IMG/VR virus record: IMGVR_UViG_3300031606_000339
Coordinates: 36,490 to 100,489 of that record
Direction: 5' to 3' (one strand)
Length of the DNA: 64,000 nt
Origin: a virus
Taxonomy: Duplodnaviria > Caudoviricetes
Shown: positions 8,790-18,711 of the stretch, one piece after another
Numbering within the stretch: position 1 is the stretch's first letter
Layout: every line of letters starts with the position of its first letter
The notes under the pieces: model-generated
What the model saw: only the letters and a program-made list of their open reading frames with translations
What the model was told of the DNA's origin: nothing
The model's database searches: none
Translations under genes and position numbers: made by a program

Positions 8790-9614
8790 ATGGGGTACAA
8801 ATACCTAAGCGGCAATGCGTTTAAGAATATTTGCAAGTATTCTAGCGGACATTATTCATCCGCCAGAGAACCCCACTTTGACTTTAAGGTTAGAAAGGAC
8901 CTAGAGAACAATTATGTCTTCATTAAGACTGAGTACATCGCTACTTTTTTTGAGTATATACATTTAGATTTTCCATTTAAAATAATTACACACAACTCCG
9001 ACGAGGCGATTGACCATAGATTTTTGAAATATCTAGACAACCCCTTGGTAGAAGAATGGTACGGACAAAACATAAGCGCCGACCACCCCAAGCTTCGATC
9101 CATACCCATAGGTCTAGCTAACCCTAAATGGGCTCACGGCAACGAAAGAACAATGGACCTAGCCATAGACGCGGAGCACTGGAAAAACAAAAAAAGATTT
9201 GTATATGTCAATTTCGATATAGGAACAAATCCACCCGAGAGGCAAAAATGCCTACAGGAAACCGGACTACAAATGGCAGGAAGGGAGAGCTTCCCGAGCT
9301 ACCTGAGAGACATGGGGGAAAGCTTCTTCGCTCTATCTCCAAACGGCAACGGCATAGACTGTCATAAGCACTGGGAGTGTTTCTACATGAGGACTATTCC
9401 AATCGTAACCCGTAGTTTAAACTTAAAATATTACAGAGACTATCCGTTCCTTATAATAGACGACTGGAAAGACTTCAAGGATCTAGAACTAACCCCAGAA
9501 CTATACAAAAAAATATGGAATAACTTCAATGTAGACCATATACTACTAGACAATTATCTATTAAAAATCGGATTACAAAATGAACAAGCAACTTTTTCTG
9601 GACTTTTTAGGTGA
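8790..9614 (+). CDS. Exostosin/GT47-like glycosyltransferase
   Basis: THNSD, SIPIGLAN, FALSPNGNGIDCHKHWECFYMRTIPIV. Confidence 0.7.
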   Translation: MGYKYLSGNAFKNICKYSSGHYSSAREPHFDFKVRKDLENNYVFIKTEYIATFFEYIHLDFPFKIITHNSDEAIDHRFLKYLDNPLVEEWYGQNISADHPKLRSIPIGLANPKWAHGNERTMDLAIDAEHWKNKKRFVYVNFDIGTNPPERQKCLQETGLQMAGRESFPSYLRDMGESFFALSPNGNGIDCHKHWECFYMRTIPIVTRSLNLKYYRDYPFLIIDDWKDFKDLELTPELYKKIWNNFNVDHILLDNYLLKIGLQNEQATFSGLFR

Positions 9615-10047
9615 CAAGCTCTTATGTAGAATAAAGCCCTCAAAAATAGAGGGAGTGGGGGTGTTTGCTATAAAGGATATCCCCAAGGAAACCAAGCTTT
9701 TCGAGGCTTACTTTTCTAGCGCTTATGAGGTATTTGTGCCGTGGGAAAGGTGGTACTCTTACCCAAAGGAAGAGATCGAGGACCTAGATGAAGGAGTCAA
9801 AAAATTAGTCTATGATTTTTGCGAGGAAACGGAAGGGAGCGTGGCTGTTTGCTCAAACATGCCTAGAGACATAGAAGGGGGCTGTATTTATTTATTAAAT
9901 CACTCAGAGGAACCAAACGTGAAGTTTTTATATCCAGAAGGAGCATACGTCACTGTTAAAAAAATTGAAAAAGGAGAGGAGCTATGCTTCAATTATAGTG
10001 AAGATTTTAAAAAAGCTAAAGAAGAAATAAGCGAATGGACAGAATGA
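9580..10047 (+). CDS. SET-domain protein (lysine methyltransferase family)
   Basis: SKIEGVGVFAIKDI, LNHSEEPNV, IEKGEELCFNY. Confidence 0.9.
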   Translation: MNKQLFLDFLGDKLLCRIKPSKIEGVGVFAIKDIPKETKLFEAYFSSAYEVFVPWERWYSYPKEEIEDLDEGVKKLVYDFCEETEGSVAVCSNMPRDIEGGCIYLLNHSEEPNVKFLYPEGAYVTVKKIEKGEELCFNYSEDFKKAKEEISEWTE

Positions 10048-10048
10048 T

Positions 10049-10717
10049 ATGGCTTACCTTAATACTCCAGTACCAGTAATAACCGCCTACGTTAGGGGAA
10101 ATTTCTTGAGGAACCAAGAAGACTCTTTTGAAAAGAAGTACCCAGCGTTAATATTTGGGGTATCAAGCATTCCGGGCTACGCGCCGCTGTTTCATTTCGT
10201 AAACGAAGACGGAGGTTTATGGTGGCGCATGCCGATACATGCCTTCTGTTGGAAAGAGGAATCAGAAGAGCAAGAGCTAGACGAGCTAGTGCTGTGGGAT
10301 AGCTATAGCTATCACGTAAGCGTAACTCAATTCCCTTGGCTTAAAAATAAAAAAATGTCATTCACCAGCAGAAGAAAAAATAAATACACCGGCAGGTACC
10401 TATTCACGCTTGACTGGGCAGAAGCAGACGAACAATATACGAACTCATCCATATCAGAAGACCCCGGACACCATAAGTGTGGGCACGTCATAGAGCTAGA
10501 CAACGGTAACTACGCAATACAGCCGAACAACAGAGTAATCGTTCACGAGCCCGCATTCTCAGTTAAGCAAGGAGAACAAATTCTAGACAGAAAGTTTAAT
10601 ACGCACATATGGACTGCAGAAGGCAGCGAGAAGTGGGTGACAGAAGACACAGACTCTAGCCACTCCTACGAGTTTAAGCCAAACAAGCCCAAAGGGATTG
10701 GACCAAAATCTAAATGA
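10049..10717 (+). CDS. Hypothetical phage protein
   Basis: 222-aa ORF coupled to both neighbours; motifs R.PIHAF, LWD, YLFTLDW, HKCGH, GNYAIQPNNR resemble a family I recall from marine phages; function unknown. Confidence 0.7.
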   Translation: MAYLNTPVPVITAYVRGNFLRNQEDSFEKKYPALIFGVSSIPGYAPLFHFVNEDGGLWWRMPIHAFCWKEESEEQELDELVLWDSYSYHVSVTQFPWLKNKKMSFTSRRKNKYTGRYLFTLDWAEADEQYTNSSISEDPGHHKCGHVIELDNGNYAIQPNNRVIVHEPAFSVKQGEQILDRKFNTHIWTAEGSEKWVTEDTDSSHSYEFKPNKPKGIGPKSK

Positions 10718-11517
10718 AATTTTTCTATTCTCATATCTTTGGAGATTTTGCAGATCATCACGACTTATACTATAGCCTGAGCTACGCAGAGATAGAGCAC
10801 GGAGAGGAGAATGAAGCTCTAGAGTCCGGATTCATACCCGTTTTTGATTCAATAGAGCTATCTAAATACTGGAGCGACCACAAGAACATATGGTTCCAAG
10901 GCAGGCAGACGAGGATTAATTTAGAGAAATTTCAATGGAGGAAGTCTGTTAGAAAAAAGTCTAAAAGCAAAAACAAGGTGACCTATTACAGTAAAAGAGT
11001 GCAAGATGTAACGAGCGCAGAAGAAGAGAGGATGGGAGAGATATGCAAAGCCTACATCAAACACAAGTTCAGCAGGGAGCTTTCGGAAAAGGACGAAGAA
11101 TATTTCTATGACTACGTATTTAAAAGAGCAAGTAATAGAGAGATAATTTTTTATCTAAGGAGTAACGAAATCGTAGCGTTTAGCTGCCACCACATTTACG
11201 ATAAAGCCAAGGTAATTAGCCAATTTTGCTGGGACTATGCTGAGCCGAGGCTGGGGCTAGGGATCTACTCCCTCCATGTTGAAATTGAAAACGCCAAAGA
11301 AAATAATAATTACGTATACATGGGTCTAAGCTACGGAGACTGCTCGCTCTACAAGAAAGATATATGCGGCTTTGAATTTTGGACGGGCAGAGAATGGACA
11401 GACGACACGGCTCTTTATGAAAAAATGGTGACCCAAGAGACAGGACTGAAGACGCTCAAGGATCTAGAAAGGCTTCAAGACGCTCACTTTGAAAACCTAG
11501 AAACGATAAAAAACTAA
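10714..11517 (+). CDS. Arginyl/leucyl-tRNA-protein transferase (ATE1/Bpt family)
   Basis: ALESGF, TRINLEKF.W.KS.RK, WDYAEPRLGLGIYSLHVEIE.AK...YVYMG.....SLYK (ATE C-domain pattern). Confidence 0.75.
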   Translation: MKFFYSHIFGDFADHHDLYYSLSYAEIEHGEENEALESGFIPVFDSIELSKYWSDHKNIWFQGRQTRINLEKFQWRKSVRKKSKSKNKVTYYSKRVQDVTSAEEERMGEICKAYIKHKFSRELSEKDEEYFYDYVFKRASNREIIFYLRSNEIVAFSCHHIYDKAKVISQFCWDYAEPRLGLGIYSLHVEIENAKENNNYVYMGLSYGDCSLYKKDICGFEFWTGREWTDDTALYEKMVTQETGLKTLKDLERLQDAHFENLETIKN

Positions 11518-12447
11518 ATGAGTAGCAAAATCAAACTGAAGTTCACGTGCTTTTGGTCAAGCCCAGAAGCCACCAACAAAAGGATGATCCACAACTGGGG
11601 AGTACCCCCAGAATGTTTTGAGCTTACCGCAGGCGACGACTTCGATTATCTAGTAACACTATGTCACGGAGAAGAGATGCTAACCACGGCAAAAGAAAAA
11701 AATATTTTAGTAGGAATGGAAGCAAGCTGGAGCCTCAACTCAAGGGGAAGCCTAGCGACCATGTGCAAATTAGTGGTTACCCCAGATGAAACCGTTAAGG
11801 GAAGCAACGTAGTACACAGACACCCATTCATGTTTAACGAAGACTCCAGAAATGACCAGCAGTCGCACTTTGTAAATGGACCGAGTCCCACGGAGTACTT
11901 AAGCAACATAGATTTTCACCCAAAAGTAGACAACAAATTCTACAAGAAGAAATTGTCTTTTTTTGTAGCGAATCATTACGCGCTAGCCGGAGCCCCGCAG
12001 CACCCAGACTCTAACTACCTCATAAAAGAAAAACTACTTAAAAAAATATTAGAGTCAGACCTGAACTGTGACATCTACGGCAGGGGATGGGACATACAGG
12101 ACTCTAGATACAAAGGAGCGCCAGCGCTAAAGGTGGACGGTCTAAGAGACTATAAATACAGCATAGCAATAGACAACGCTCGCGAAAAATACTATCTATC
12201 TGAGAAATTATTTGATTGCTTTTTAAACAACTGCGTTCCAATTTACTATGGTTGTAGCACGGCTCATGAAGCTTATGACTCTAGATCTTTTGCGATTTTT
12301 TTCCCAGAAAGAGAGGACGTCATAGGAGAACTAGAAAAGCATATTAGCTTTCCCGCAGAGCCGTACCACAAGTATGTATTAGAATCGAAAAGGAAATACT
12401 ACACAGAACATAATTTATTTATTTTTTTAATGGAAAAATTGACATGA
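11518..12447 (+). CDS. GT10 alpha-1,3/4-fucosyltransferase-like protein
   Basis: DIYGRGW, YKYSIAIDN...YYLSEKLFDCF...VPIYYG alpha-1,3-FucT motif. Confidence 0.8.
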   Translation: MSSKIKLKFTCFWSSPEATNKRMIHNWGVPPECFELTAGDDFDYLVTLCHGEEMLTTAKEKNILVGMEASWSLNSRGSLATMCKLVVTPDETVKGSNVVHRHPFMFNEDSRNDQQSHFVNGPSPTEYLSNIDFHPKVDNKFYKKKLSFFVANHYALAGAPQHPDSNYLIKEKLLKKILESDLNCDIYGRGWDIQDSRYKGAPALKVDGLRDYKYSIAIDNAREKYYLSEKLFDCFLNNCVPIYYGCSTAHEAYDSRSFAIFFPEREDVIGELEKHISFPAEPYHKYVLESKRKYYTEHNLFIFLMEKLT

Positions 12448-13118
12448 AATTAAACGTAGAAAAAGTTTTCGTCGCACACTATACGCCGCTTAAGCCAAGG
12501 AAGGAATTTTTAACTCAGTATTTTGAGCGCAACGGAATAGATATCGTTCAGTGGGTCGAGACCGAGACGTACCCCGATAATTTTTGGAGAACTAATGCGG
12601 AAAAATGGACAGAAAAAATAAGCTACGCATACCCGAAAGTGCACGACACAGCGAGAAGGCTATCCCCCCAAGAAAGATCAGTAGCACTTAAGCACTATAC
12701 TATTTTTCAAGAGATCTTAAAGGAAGACGGTGAGAACTTTTTAGTATTAGAAGACGACGTCTTTTTCGCTACAGAATTCGCAGAGCTATTTAACACGAAC
12801 CTAAAAGAGACCCCCAAAGACTGGGATACAATAATGATCGGAACCGGAGCAAACCTGCGCATACCGATCAAGGAGCAAGGCAAGGTCGCCCACCTAAAAG
12901 ACCACCCAGCCACAAAGTGCCTAGATTCTTACATAATTAAAAAGAGTGTCGTAAAAAAGATAATGGAGATGGAAGACCTTTTACCCATAGACTTGCCTAT
13001 TGACTTTGAGTTAGCCTATGTATTTAAAAAACTAGATATAAAAACCTACTGGTGGGAGCCGGGGATAACAATTCAAGGCAGCCAAAACGGCTTTTATAAA
13101 TCAGCAATTCCTCACTAA
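12444..13118 (+). CDS. GT25 glycosyltransferase
   Basis: SVALKH, LVLEDD, PKDWD, SYII, LPID. Confidence 0.8.
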   Translation: MKLNVEKVFVAHYTPLKPRKEFLTQYFERNGIDIVQWVETETYPDNFWRTNAEKWTEKISYAYPKVHDTARRLSPQERSVALKHYTIFQEILKEDGENFLVLEDDVFFATEFAELFNTNLKETPKDWDTIMIGTGANLRIPIKEQGKVAHLKDHPATKCLDSYIIKKSVVKKIMEMEDLLPIDLPIDFELAYVFKKLDIKTYWWEPGITIQGSQNGFYKSAIPH

Positions 13119-13119
13119 G

Positions 13120-14100
13120 ATGAAAGTAGCATTCCACACTAACGAAATTAACGTAAGGGGCACTGAGCTTGCAACCTACAGATACGCCCACTACAACGAG
13201 ACGATGCTAGACAACGAGTCTATATACATTGCTGGACCCACCACCTCAAGATTCGAGCACCCGCTCGCTGCTGAGAAGTTTGAAAAGCGCTTTAAAGTAT
13301 TTCGATATGACAAATGGGAAGAGGTCCAAGACATATTAGATCAAGAAAAGGTCGATGTTCTATACATGCAAAAAGGCGGAGAGTTTGACGGCAAGGTCTC
13401 AGAGAAGACGAAAACCTGCGTGCACGCAGTCTTTCAAAACCACGAGCCCCACGGAGATGTATATGCGTATATTTCCGAATGGCTTAGCCTAAAAGTCACC
13501 GAGGGAAAAGAAAAGTTTGTGCCCTACATAGTCGAAGTACCAGACGTCGAAACAGACCTAAGAGAGAAGTTGGAAATCCCAGAGAACGCAACCGTTTTTG
13601 GGAGGACAGGCGGACCAGACCAGTTCGATGTCCCCTTCGTTCATGAGGCTATCAAGAAAGTTTTAGACGAAAGAGAAGATGTCTATTTTATTTTTCTAAA
13701 CACCAACAACTTCCTAGAGCATGAACGTGTCAAATATCTGCCGGCAACAGCCGATGAGGTTTACAAAACCGAATTCATAAACACTTGCGACGCGATGATT
13801 CACGCGAGATTTATGGGCGAGTCTTTTGGAATGGCGATTGCAGAATTCTCTCTAAAAAATAAGCCCGTAATAACTGGGTGGGGAGGAAACGACCAAGCAC
13901 ACTTACATATGCTCAAAGAGAAAGGGATCTACTATAACAGCTATGAATCTATTCTAGAGATTTTAAGATCAATGAAGAAGGGAGACTTCGAAGACGGGGA
14001 CTGGAACGCCTATGATGGGTTCCGCGCGGAAATAGTTATGAAGCAATTCGAAAATGTTTTCCTTGATGGTTATAGAACCGCGTGGAGGATGTCGCACTAA
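13120..14100 (+). CDS. GT-B (GT4-like) glycosyltransferase
   Basis: RGTE, FGRTGG, FINTCDAMIHARFMGESFGMAIAEF...KPVIT. Confidence 0.8.
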   Translation: MKVAFHTNEINVRGTELATYRYAHYNETMLDNESIYIAGPTTSRFEHPLAAEKFEKRFKVFRYDKWEEVQDILDQEKVDVLYMQKGGEFDGKVSEKTKTCVHAVFQNHEPHGDVYAYISEWLSLKVTEGKEKFVPYIVEVPDVETDLREKLEIPENATVFGRTGGPDQFDVPFVHEAIKKVLDEREDVYFIFLNTNNFLEHERVKYLPATADEVYKTEFINTCDAMIHARFMGESFGMAIAEFSLKNKPVITGWGGNDQAHLHMLKEKGIYYNSYESILEILRSMKKGDFEDGDWNAYDGFRAEIVMKQFENVFLDGYRTAWRMSH

Positions 14101-14103
14101 GTA

Positions 14104-14859
14104 ATGAAAACGTGCTTGATAAAGCAGCCCCAAGGAATAGGGGACATATTTTTTACTCAAAAAATAGCTTACCACTTTCGCCACCTTGGATACAGGGTAA
14201 TCTGGCCGGTGGTTCCAGTATACAAAAGTATAAAAGAATACATGACCAACTTCGAATACCCCTGTATCGAGGATGACTTTGAGCATAAAGACCTTTACGA
14301 ATCCTGCGGTAAAGATAAAATATTTCGATGGAAAGAAGGCTCACCAGATGAGATCATAGTGGTTCCCACAAATCATCTGTCAACGCCAGAAGAGATCCCG
14401 GTTATGTTCAGGAAGTTCGCCTTAGTTGGTTTAGATTATTCTGACTGGGCGGATTGGTTTAATTTTAAAAGAAACACAGAGAAGGAAAACAGGCTTTACT
14501 ACGACGTACTGGGTCTAAAGGATAATGAAGAATACATATTTGTAAACCGAAACATAGGAACGCCGCCTCATGACTTCAGCCGGTGGGATGTGCCTGTCGA
14601 TTCGAAAATAGGAAAACAAATAGATAGCTCATTTGAAAATGGGTTCACGCTATTTGATTGGTGCAAGGTCCTAGAAAACGCTAGCGAATTCCACGTCTTA
14701 GAGACGTCAATAACCTACTTGATAGAAAAAATAAACACGAAAGCCTCAGTATACAACATGTTTAGCCGTAACCTTCATAACGACTTCTCTGAGTATAAAG
14801 AGATCTATAAGAACAAAAGCTGGAACTGGCGCAAGTTCAATCATCGCAGGATAATATAA
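14104..14859 (+). CDS. Putative glycosyltransferase-like protein
   Basis: QPQGIGDI N-terminal GxGD motif; LFDW.KVLENASEFH...TS; position in the glycan cluster. Confidence 0.5.
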   Translation: MKTCLIKQPQGIGDIFFTQKIAYHFRHLGYRVIWPVVPVYKSIKEYMTNFEYPCIEDDFEHKDLYESCGKDKIFRWKEGSPDEIIVVPTNHLSTPEEIPVMFRKFALVGLDYSDWADWFNFKRNTEKENRLYYDVLGLKDNEEYIFVNRNIGTPPHDFSRWDVPVDSKIGKQIDSSFENGFTLFDWCKVLENASEFHVLETSITYLIEKINTKASVYNMFSRNLHNDFSEYKEIYKNKSWNWRKFNHRRII

Positions 14860-14860
14860 C

Positions 14861-15520
14861 ATGGAAGACGGCGAAAAAATGGTATGGTGCTGCGGCAATT
14901 ACAGGAGCGGGTCTACCCTAATCTATAGAATAATCAAAAGCCTCCTCAAAGAGGCTGGATACAATTCAATTTACAGCACAATGAAAGTCCACCAAGATTG
15001 GATGGAAAAATTTAACGAAAGAGACCTCTCCGTATACAGCTATCGAGACATGAGGGACGTAATGGCTTCTTTTTTCTACAGAGATAAAGTAAACTTTGAA
15101 ACCTTTCGAGATCACACAGGCGCAGGGAGAAACGTTGTAGAATTTATCAAGTGGATGATAGACTATGACGACTTCATCAAGAGCTACGAGCGCGAGAATC
15201 CAAGCAAGGTAATCATATTTAAATATGAAGAAGACATCATAAACAAAAACTTTAATTTAGTAGAGTCCATACGTGATTTTTTATTAATCTTAGATGATAG
15301 ACACAGTCAGGGGATAGCAGAGAAGCTCTCGTTTGAGAACTCCAAGAGGATAAGCGACAGTCTAACTCAACACGATCAATCCACTCAGCTTCACCCAAAC
15401 CACCTGAAAGACGGGAAGCCAAACAAATACAAGGAAGCCTTCACAGAAGATCAGTTAAAAAAGATAAATCAAGACGATAAAATTTCCGACTGGCTGAAAA
15501 GAAACGGATACGAAATATGA
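14861..15520 (+). CDS. PAPS-dependent sulfotransferase
   Basis: YRSGST 5'-PSB loop, KVH, YRDMRDVMASF 3'-PB motif, FKYE. Confidence 0.85.
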   Translation: MEDGEKMVWCCGNYRSGSTLIYRIIKSLLKEAGYNSIYSTMKVHQDWMEKFNERDLSVYSYRDMRDVMASFFYRDKVNFETFRDHTGAGRNVVEFIKWMIDYDDFIKSYERENPSKVIIFKYEEDIINKNFNLVESIRDFLLILDDRHSQGIAEKLSFENSKRISDSLTQHDQSTQLHPNHLKDGKPNKYKEAFTEDQLKKINQDDKISDWLKRNGYEI

Positions 15521-16332
15521 AAAAGTTTTGCGTATTAGAGCAGGGCAAGTATGTTAACCACCGAATTACTGTGGAAAAAAGAGACCTGTATGACAGCAGC
15601 GTTTCTGGTTATTACCGTTTTAATTGGTACACAGACGAAGACCCGCTTGCGGACATAACCAAAAAGGATGCCGGAGAAAAGACCCTAAGGTGGGCGGAGG
15701 GAAGAAACTTTCTCTTCGAGAACGTAAATAAAGACTATGAATATTTTATATTTATGGACGAAGACGTTAAGGTAAAGACTTACCCAGAAAAAAAACATGA
15801 CAAAGAAAAAATTTTAAGCAGGATCTATGACTTTTTAGAGGAATGGAATCCAATTGCGGCAGTCGCGCACACAGTGAATGTATGGGGCTCAAACGGAGGA
15901 GAGGAGCTTTCGGAAGGAATGGTCAAAGAGGGAGAGCCTAAGTGCGTCAAAAAACACGACGCGTGCATGAGTGTGCTGAGAAAAAGCTTCGCCGAAAGAG
16001 TGTTCCCAATAAAGCACGACGGATCAGACCTGTGCTCAGCTTACCAGCAGTGGCTTGCGGCGACATATTACCCCAGCAAGTTCATGTTTATACCTGAGGT
16101 TTTCAGCATAAACGCAATAGAAGAACAACACCACCACGTAGATGACAGGGGCGACGAGTGGAGGTTAAGGGTTATCAATGGGTTTGCTGACGAACTGATA
16201 GACCCGAGTAAGTGGTTATCTAATTTCACGAAAGACGGGTACTGGAAAGACCAAGAGGTACTGAGCGGCCATGAGCCGAGCAAAGAAATTGTAGAGGCTA
16301 CGGATGAAAAATTTTCCCAGATTTTTAAATAG
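15517..16332 (+). CDS. Putative GT-A fold glycosyltransferase
   Basis: WAEGRN.L, YEYFIFMDED (DxD), HDAC. Confidence 0.55.
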   Translation: MKKFCVLEQGKYVNHRITVEKRDLYDSSVSGYYRFNWYTDEDPLADITKKDAGEKTLRWAEGRNFLFENVNKDYEYFIFMDEDVKVKTYPEKKHDKEKILSRIYDFLEEWNPIAAVAHTVNVWGSNGGEELSEGMVKEGEPKCVKKHDACMSVLRKSFAERVFPIKHDGSDLCSAYQQWLAATYYPSKFMFIPEVFSINAIEEQHHHVDDRGDEWRLRVINGFADELIDPSKWLSNFTKDGYWKDQEVLSGHEPSKEIVEATDEKFSQIFK

Positions 16333-17026
16333 GCAAACGACACACCCCAGTGATATGGACAACCTGAAAGACACAATCGAAACCCTTAAACAGACGACGG
16401 GCACGCCCAAGTGCACCGGGTGGATGTATGACGAGCAAGGGCTATTAATCTACTCATTAATAAAATATATTAAGCCAGAAATCGTCATACAAACGGGTCA
16501 CCTCTGGGGCAAGTCCGCGTGCTTTATACTGGAAGCGCTAAACGACGGGCTATTAAACACGCGCCACCTTGAAGAATCGCAAGAGTCTGACAAAAATTAC
16601 ACAGGCTTTGTTGACAGTCATAAACCAGACGCGCAAGAAGAAGCGAAGTTAATTAGCATAGATCCGTTTAGAAGCCCAGAGAGACATACGCCTCCTAGAT
16701 GGGAAAAAGGAATAGAATACTTAAAAGAAAAATATGGAAACAGTTTTGAATTTTACCACGAAACAAGCGATCAGTTTTTCGCGGACAACAGAGAGAAATA
16801 CGCAGGCAAGCATGTCCTAGCCGTGGTTGATGGAGACCATAGTCCCGAAGGCTTACTCAGGGACCTAGAAAACCTAGACGTGATGCAGTGCAAATATATT
16901 ATCGTTGATGATGTATTATTTCTACCTCACCTAGGGAAAGTGTGCAAAGATTTTGCGAGTCGAAAAAGCTTTGAATATGCCCCAATCAATCTGTATAACG
17001 GGTTCGGACTGCTAACCAAAATCTAA
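16304..17026 (+). CDS. Class I SAM-dependent methyltransferase (Methyltransf_24-like)
   Basis: KPEIVIQTG..WGKS, LISIDP, VDGDHS, IIVDD; alternative start at 16355. Confidence 0.8.
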   Translation: MKNFPRFLNRQTTHPSDMDNLKDTIETLKQTTGTPKCTGWMYDEQGLLIYSLIKYIKPEIVIQTGHLWGKSACFILEALNDGLLNTRHLEESQESDKNYTGFVDSHKPDAQEEAKLISIDPFRSPERHTPPRWEKGIEYLKEKYGNSFEFYHETSDQFFADNREKYAGKHVLAVVDGDHSPEGLLRDLENLDVMQCKYIIVDDVLFLPHLGKVCKDFASRKSFEYAPINLYNGFGLLTKI

Positions 17027-17028
17027 CC

Positions 17029-17057
17029 TTGCGACTTTAGTAAATTTAATTTAATAT
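17029..17057 (+). promoter_or_regulatory. Sigma70-type promoter, leaderless-type
   Basis: TTGCGA-17-TAATAT, ATG 8 nt downstream. Confidence 0.5.
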
Positions 17058-17065
17058 AAATAACT

Positions 17066-17737
17066 ATGGAAAAATATTCCTATAACACGAACAAGTATCC
17101 GTTCAGAAAGATTACCGAAGAATATCTAAAAATTTCTAATTTAGAAAATCTACACGGAGACCACGAGTTCGAGGGAGTTCTCACCTCATCAAAGGGAGAG
17201 CATTCCGACCAGAAACAAGAGCTCCATAGGAAATTCTACGACAGGATGGATCAGGATAACTTACTAAAAGAAAGATACGACCACTTCATTAAAGAGATCA
17301 TCGCTCCGATTTTTGACGAGGAGATATATTTTCAAAAATATCCCACCTTCAGGATTCACCAGCCAGACAACATAGCAGTCTTCGAGTTTCACAAGGATAA
17401 AACGTACAACCACCCCGAGGGAGAGGTAAACATATACCTGCCAATAACAAAAGCTTATGACTCAAACACAATATGGGTAGAGAGCGAAGAAGACAAAGGC
17501 GACCACTCCCCCATGAATGCTGACTACGGAGAAGTCTACGTTTGGGACGGCAACAACTTAGAGCACGGGAATAAGCTAAACGAAACCGGAGAGACTAGAC
17601 TTAGCTTTGACCTTAGGGTAATTACTAAGTCAAATTACAAAAATCGCAAAGAAAAAGGGAGCAGCGTCACAAGCGATACCAAATTTATTCTCGGAGAATA
17701 CTATGATAGAATACCAGCCTTCATGAAGCATAGATGA
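17066..17737 (+). CDS. 2OG-Fe(II) oxygenase-like protein (StrG-like)
   Basis: QKYPTFRIH, FHKD (HxD), EVN.YLP.T, HGN..N.TG.TR.S.D.R. Confidence 0.75.
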   Translation: MEKYSYNTNKYPFRKITEEYLKISNLENLHGDHEFEGVLTSSKGEHSDQKQELHRKFYDRMDQDNLLKERYDHFIKEIIAPIFDEEIYFQKYPTFRIHQPDNIAVFEFHKDKTYNHPEGEVNIYLPITKAYDSNTIWVESEEDKGDHSPMNADYGEVYVWDGNNLEHGNKLNETGETRLSFDLRVITKSNYKNRKEKGSSVTSDTKFILGEYYDRIPAFMKHR

Positions 17738-18711
17738 AAGCAAATATAATAGGGTGCGGGCTAGCCGGGGTGACCTCAGCGATAACCTTAAGAGAAAAAG
17801 GTTATGATGTAGAAATTTTTGAGTCCCGCAATCACATCGGCGGAAACTGTTACGACGAAAAAATTAACGGCGTCACCGTTCATAAATATGGACCGCACGG
17901 ATTCCACACAAACAACGATCAAGTCTGGGATTTTCTAAATAGATATACTAAATTCAATAAGGTTTGCCTGAGGGTAAAAGCGAACACCAAAGAGGGCATA
18001 ATACCCATACCGTTCAACAGGGAATCCGAAAAAATAATAGGAAAGAAGACTCCCGAAGAAATAATAGATCTGATTTTCAAAGACTATAGCGAAAAAATGT
18101 GGGGAGTTCCTTGGGAGAAGTTGCCGACAAGCATCACGTCCAGAGTGCCGAAGCTAAGAGACGATTTCAGTGCGTGTTTTCACACGGACAAGCACCAAGG
18201 CGTGCCGGAGAAAGGATACACTCATATGTTCCAAAACATGCTTAATGGAATTAAGGTAAACCTTGGCTGCGACACGAGCGAGTGGAGAAGGCGCGACTGC
18301 GACCTATTAATCTACACGGGCAAGATAGATGAGTATTTTAACTACTGCTACGGGTGGCTAGAGTATCGCTCGCTATTAATACAATTAGAAACCGCGCCCA
18401 AAAGGAAAGACATTTTTCAGCTAAACGAATGCAACAAAAAAGACTCGACAAGAAGCGTGGACCACTCTCACTGGCACGAACAAGACGTCGAAGAAACCGT
18501 GATATCGAGAGAGTACCCACAAGAACACGACGAATCAAACACTCCCTTTTACCCAAAGCCTTTCGGAGACAACGTCTCCAGATATAAAAAATACAAAGAG
18601 CTTGCCAATCGAGAAAAACATACGATTTTTATCGGAAGGTTAGCGACCTATAAATACCTAGACATGGATGACGTGATAGCACAAGCCCTAACTAAACTTA
18701 AAAAAACATGA
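17734..18711 (+). CDS. glf: UDP-galactopyranose mutase
   Basis: IIGCGLAG, HIGGNCYD, HKYGPH.FHT, YTGKIDEYF, LEYRSL, GRLATYKYLDMD. Confidence 0.95.
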   Translation: MKANIIGCGLAGVTSAITLREKGYDVEIFESRNHIGGNCYDEKINGVTVHKYGPHGFHTNNDQVWDFLNRYTKFNKVCLRVKANTKEGIIPIPFNRESEKIIGKKTPEEIIDLIFKDYSEKMWGVPWEKLPTSITSRVPKLRDDFSACFHTDKHQGVPEKGYTHMFQNMLNGIKVNLGCDTSEWRRRDCDLLIYTGKIDEYFNYCYGWLEYRSLLIQLETAPKRKDIFQLNECNKKDSTRSVDHSHWHEQDVEETVISREYPQEHDESNTPFYPKPFGDNVSRYKKYKELANREKHTIFIGRLATYKYLDMDDVIAQALTKLKKT

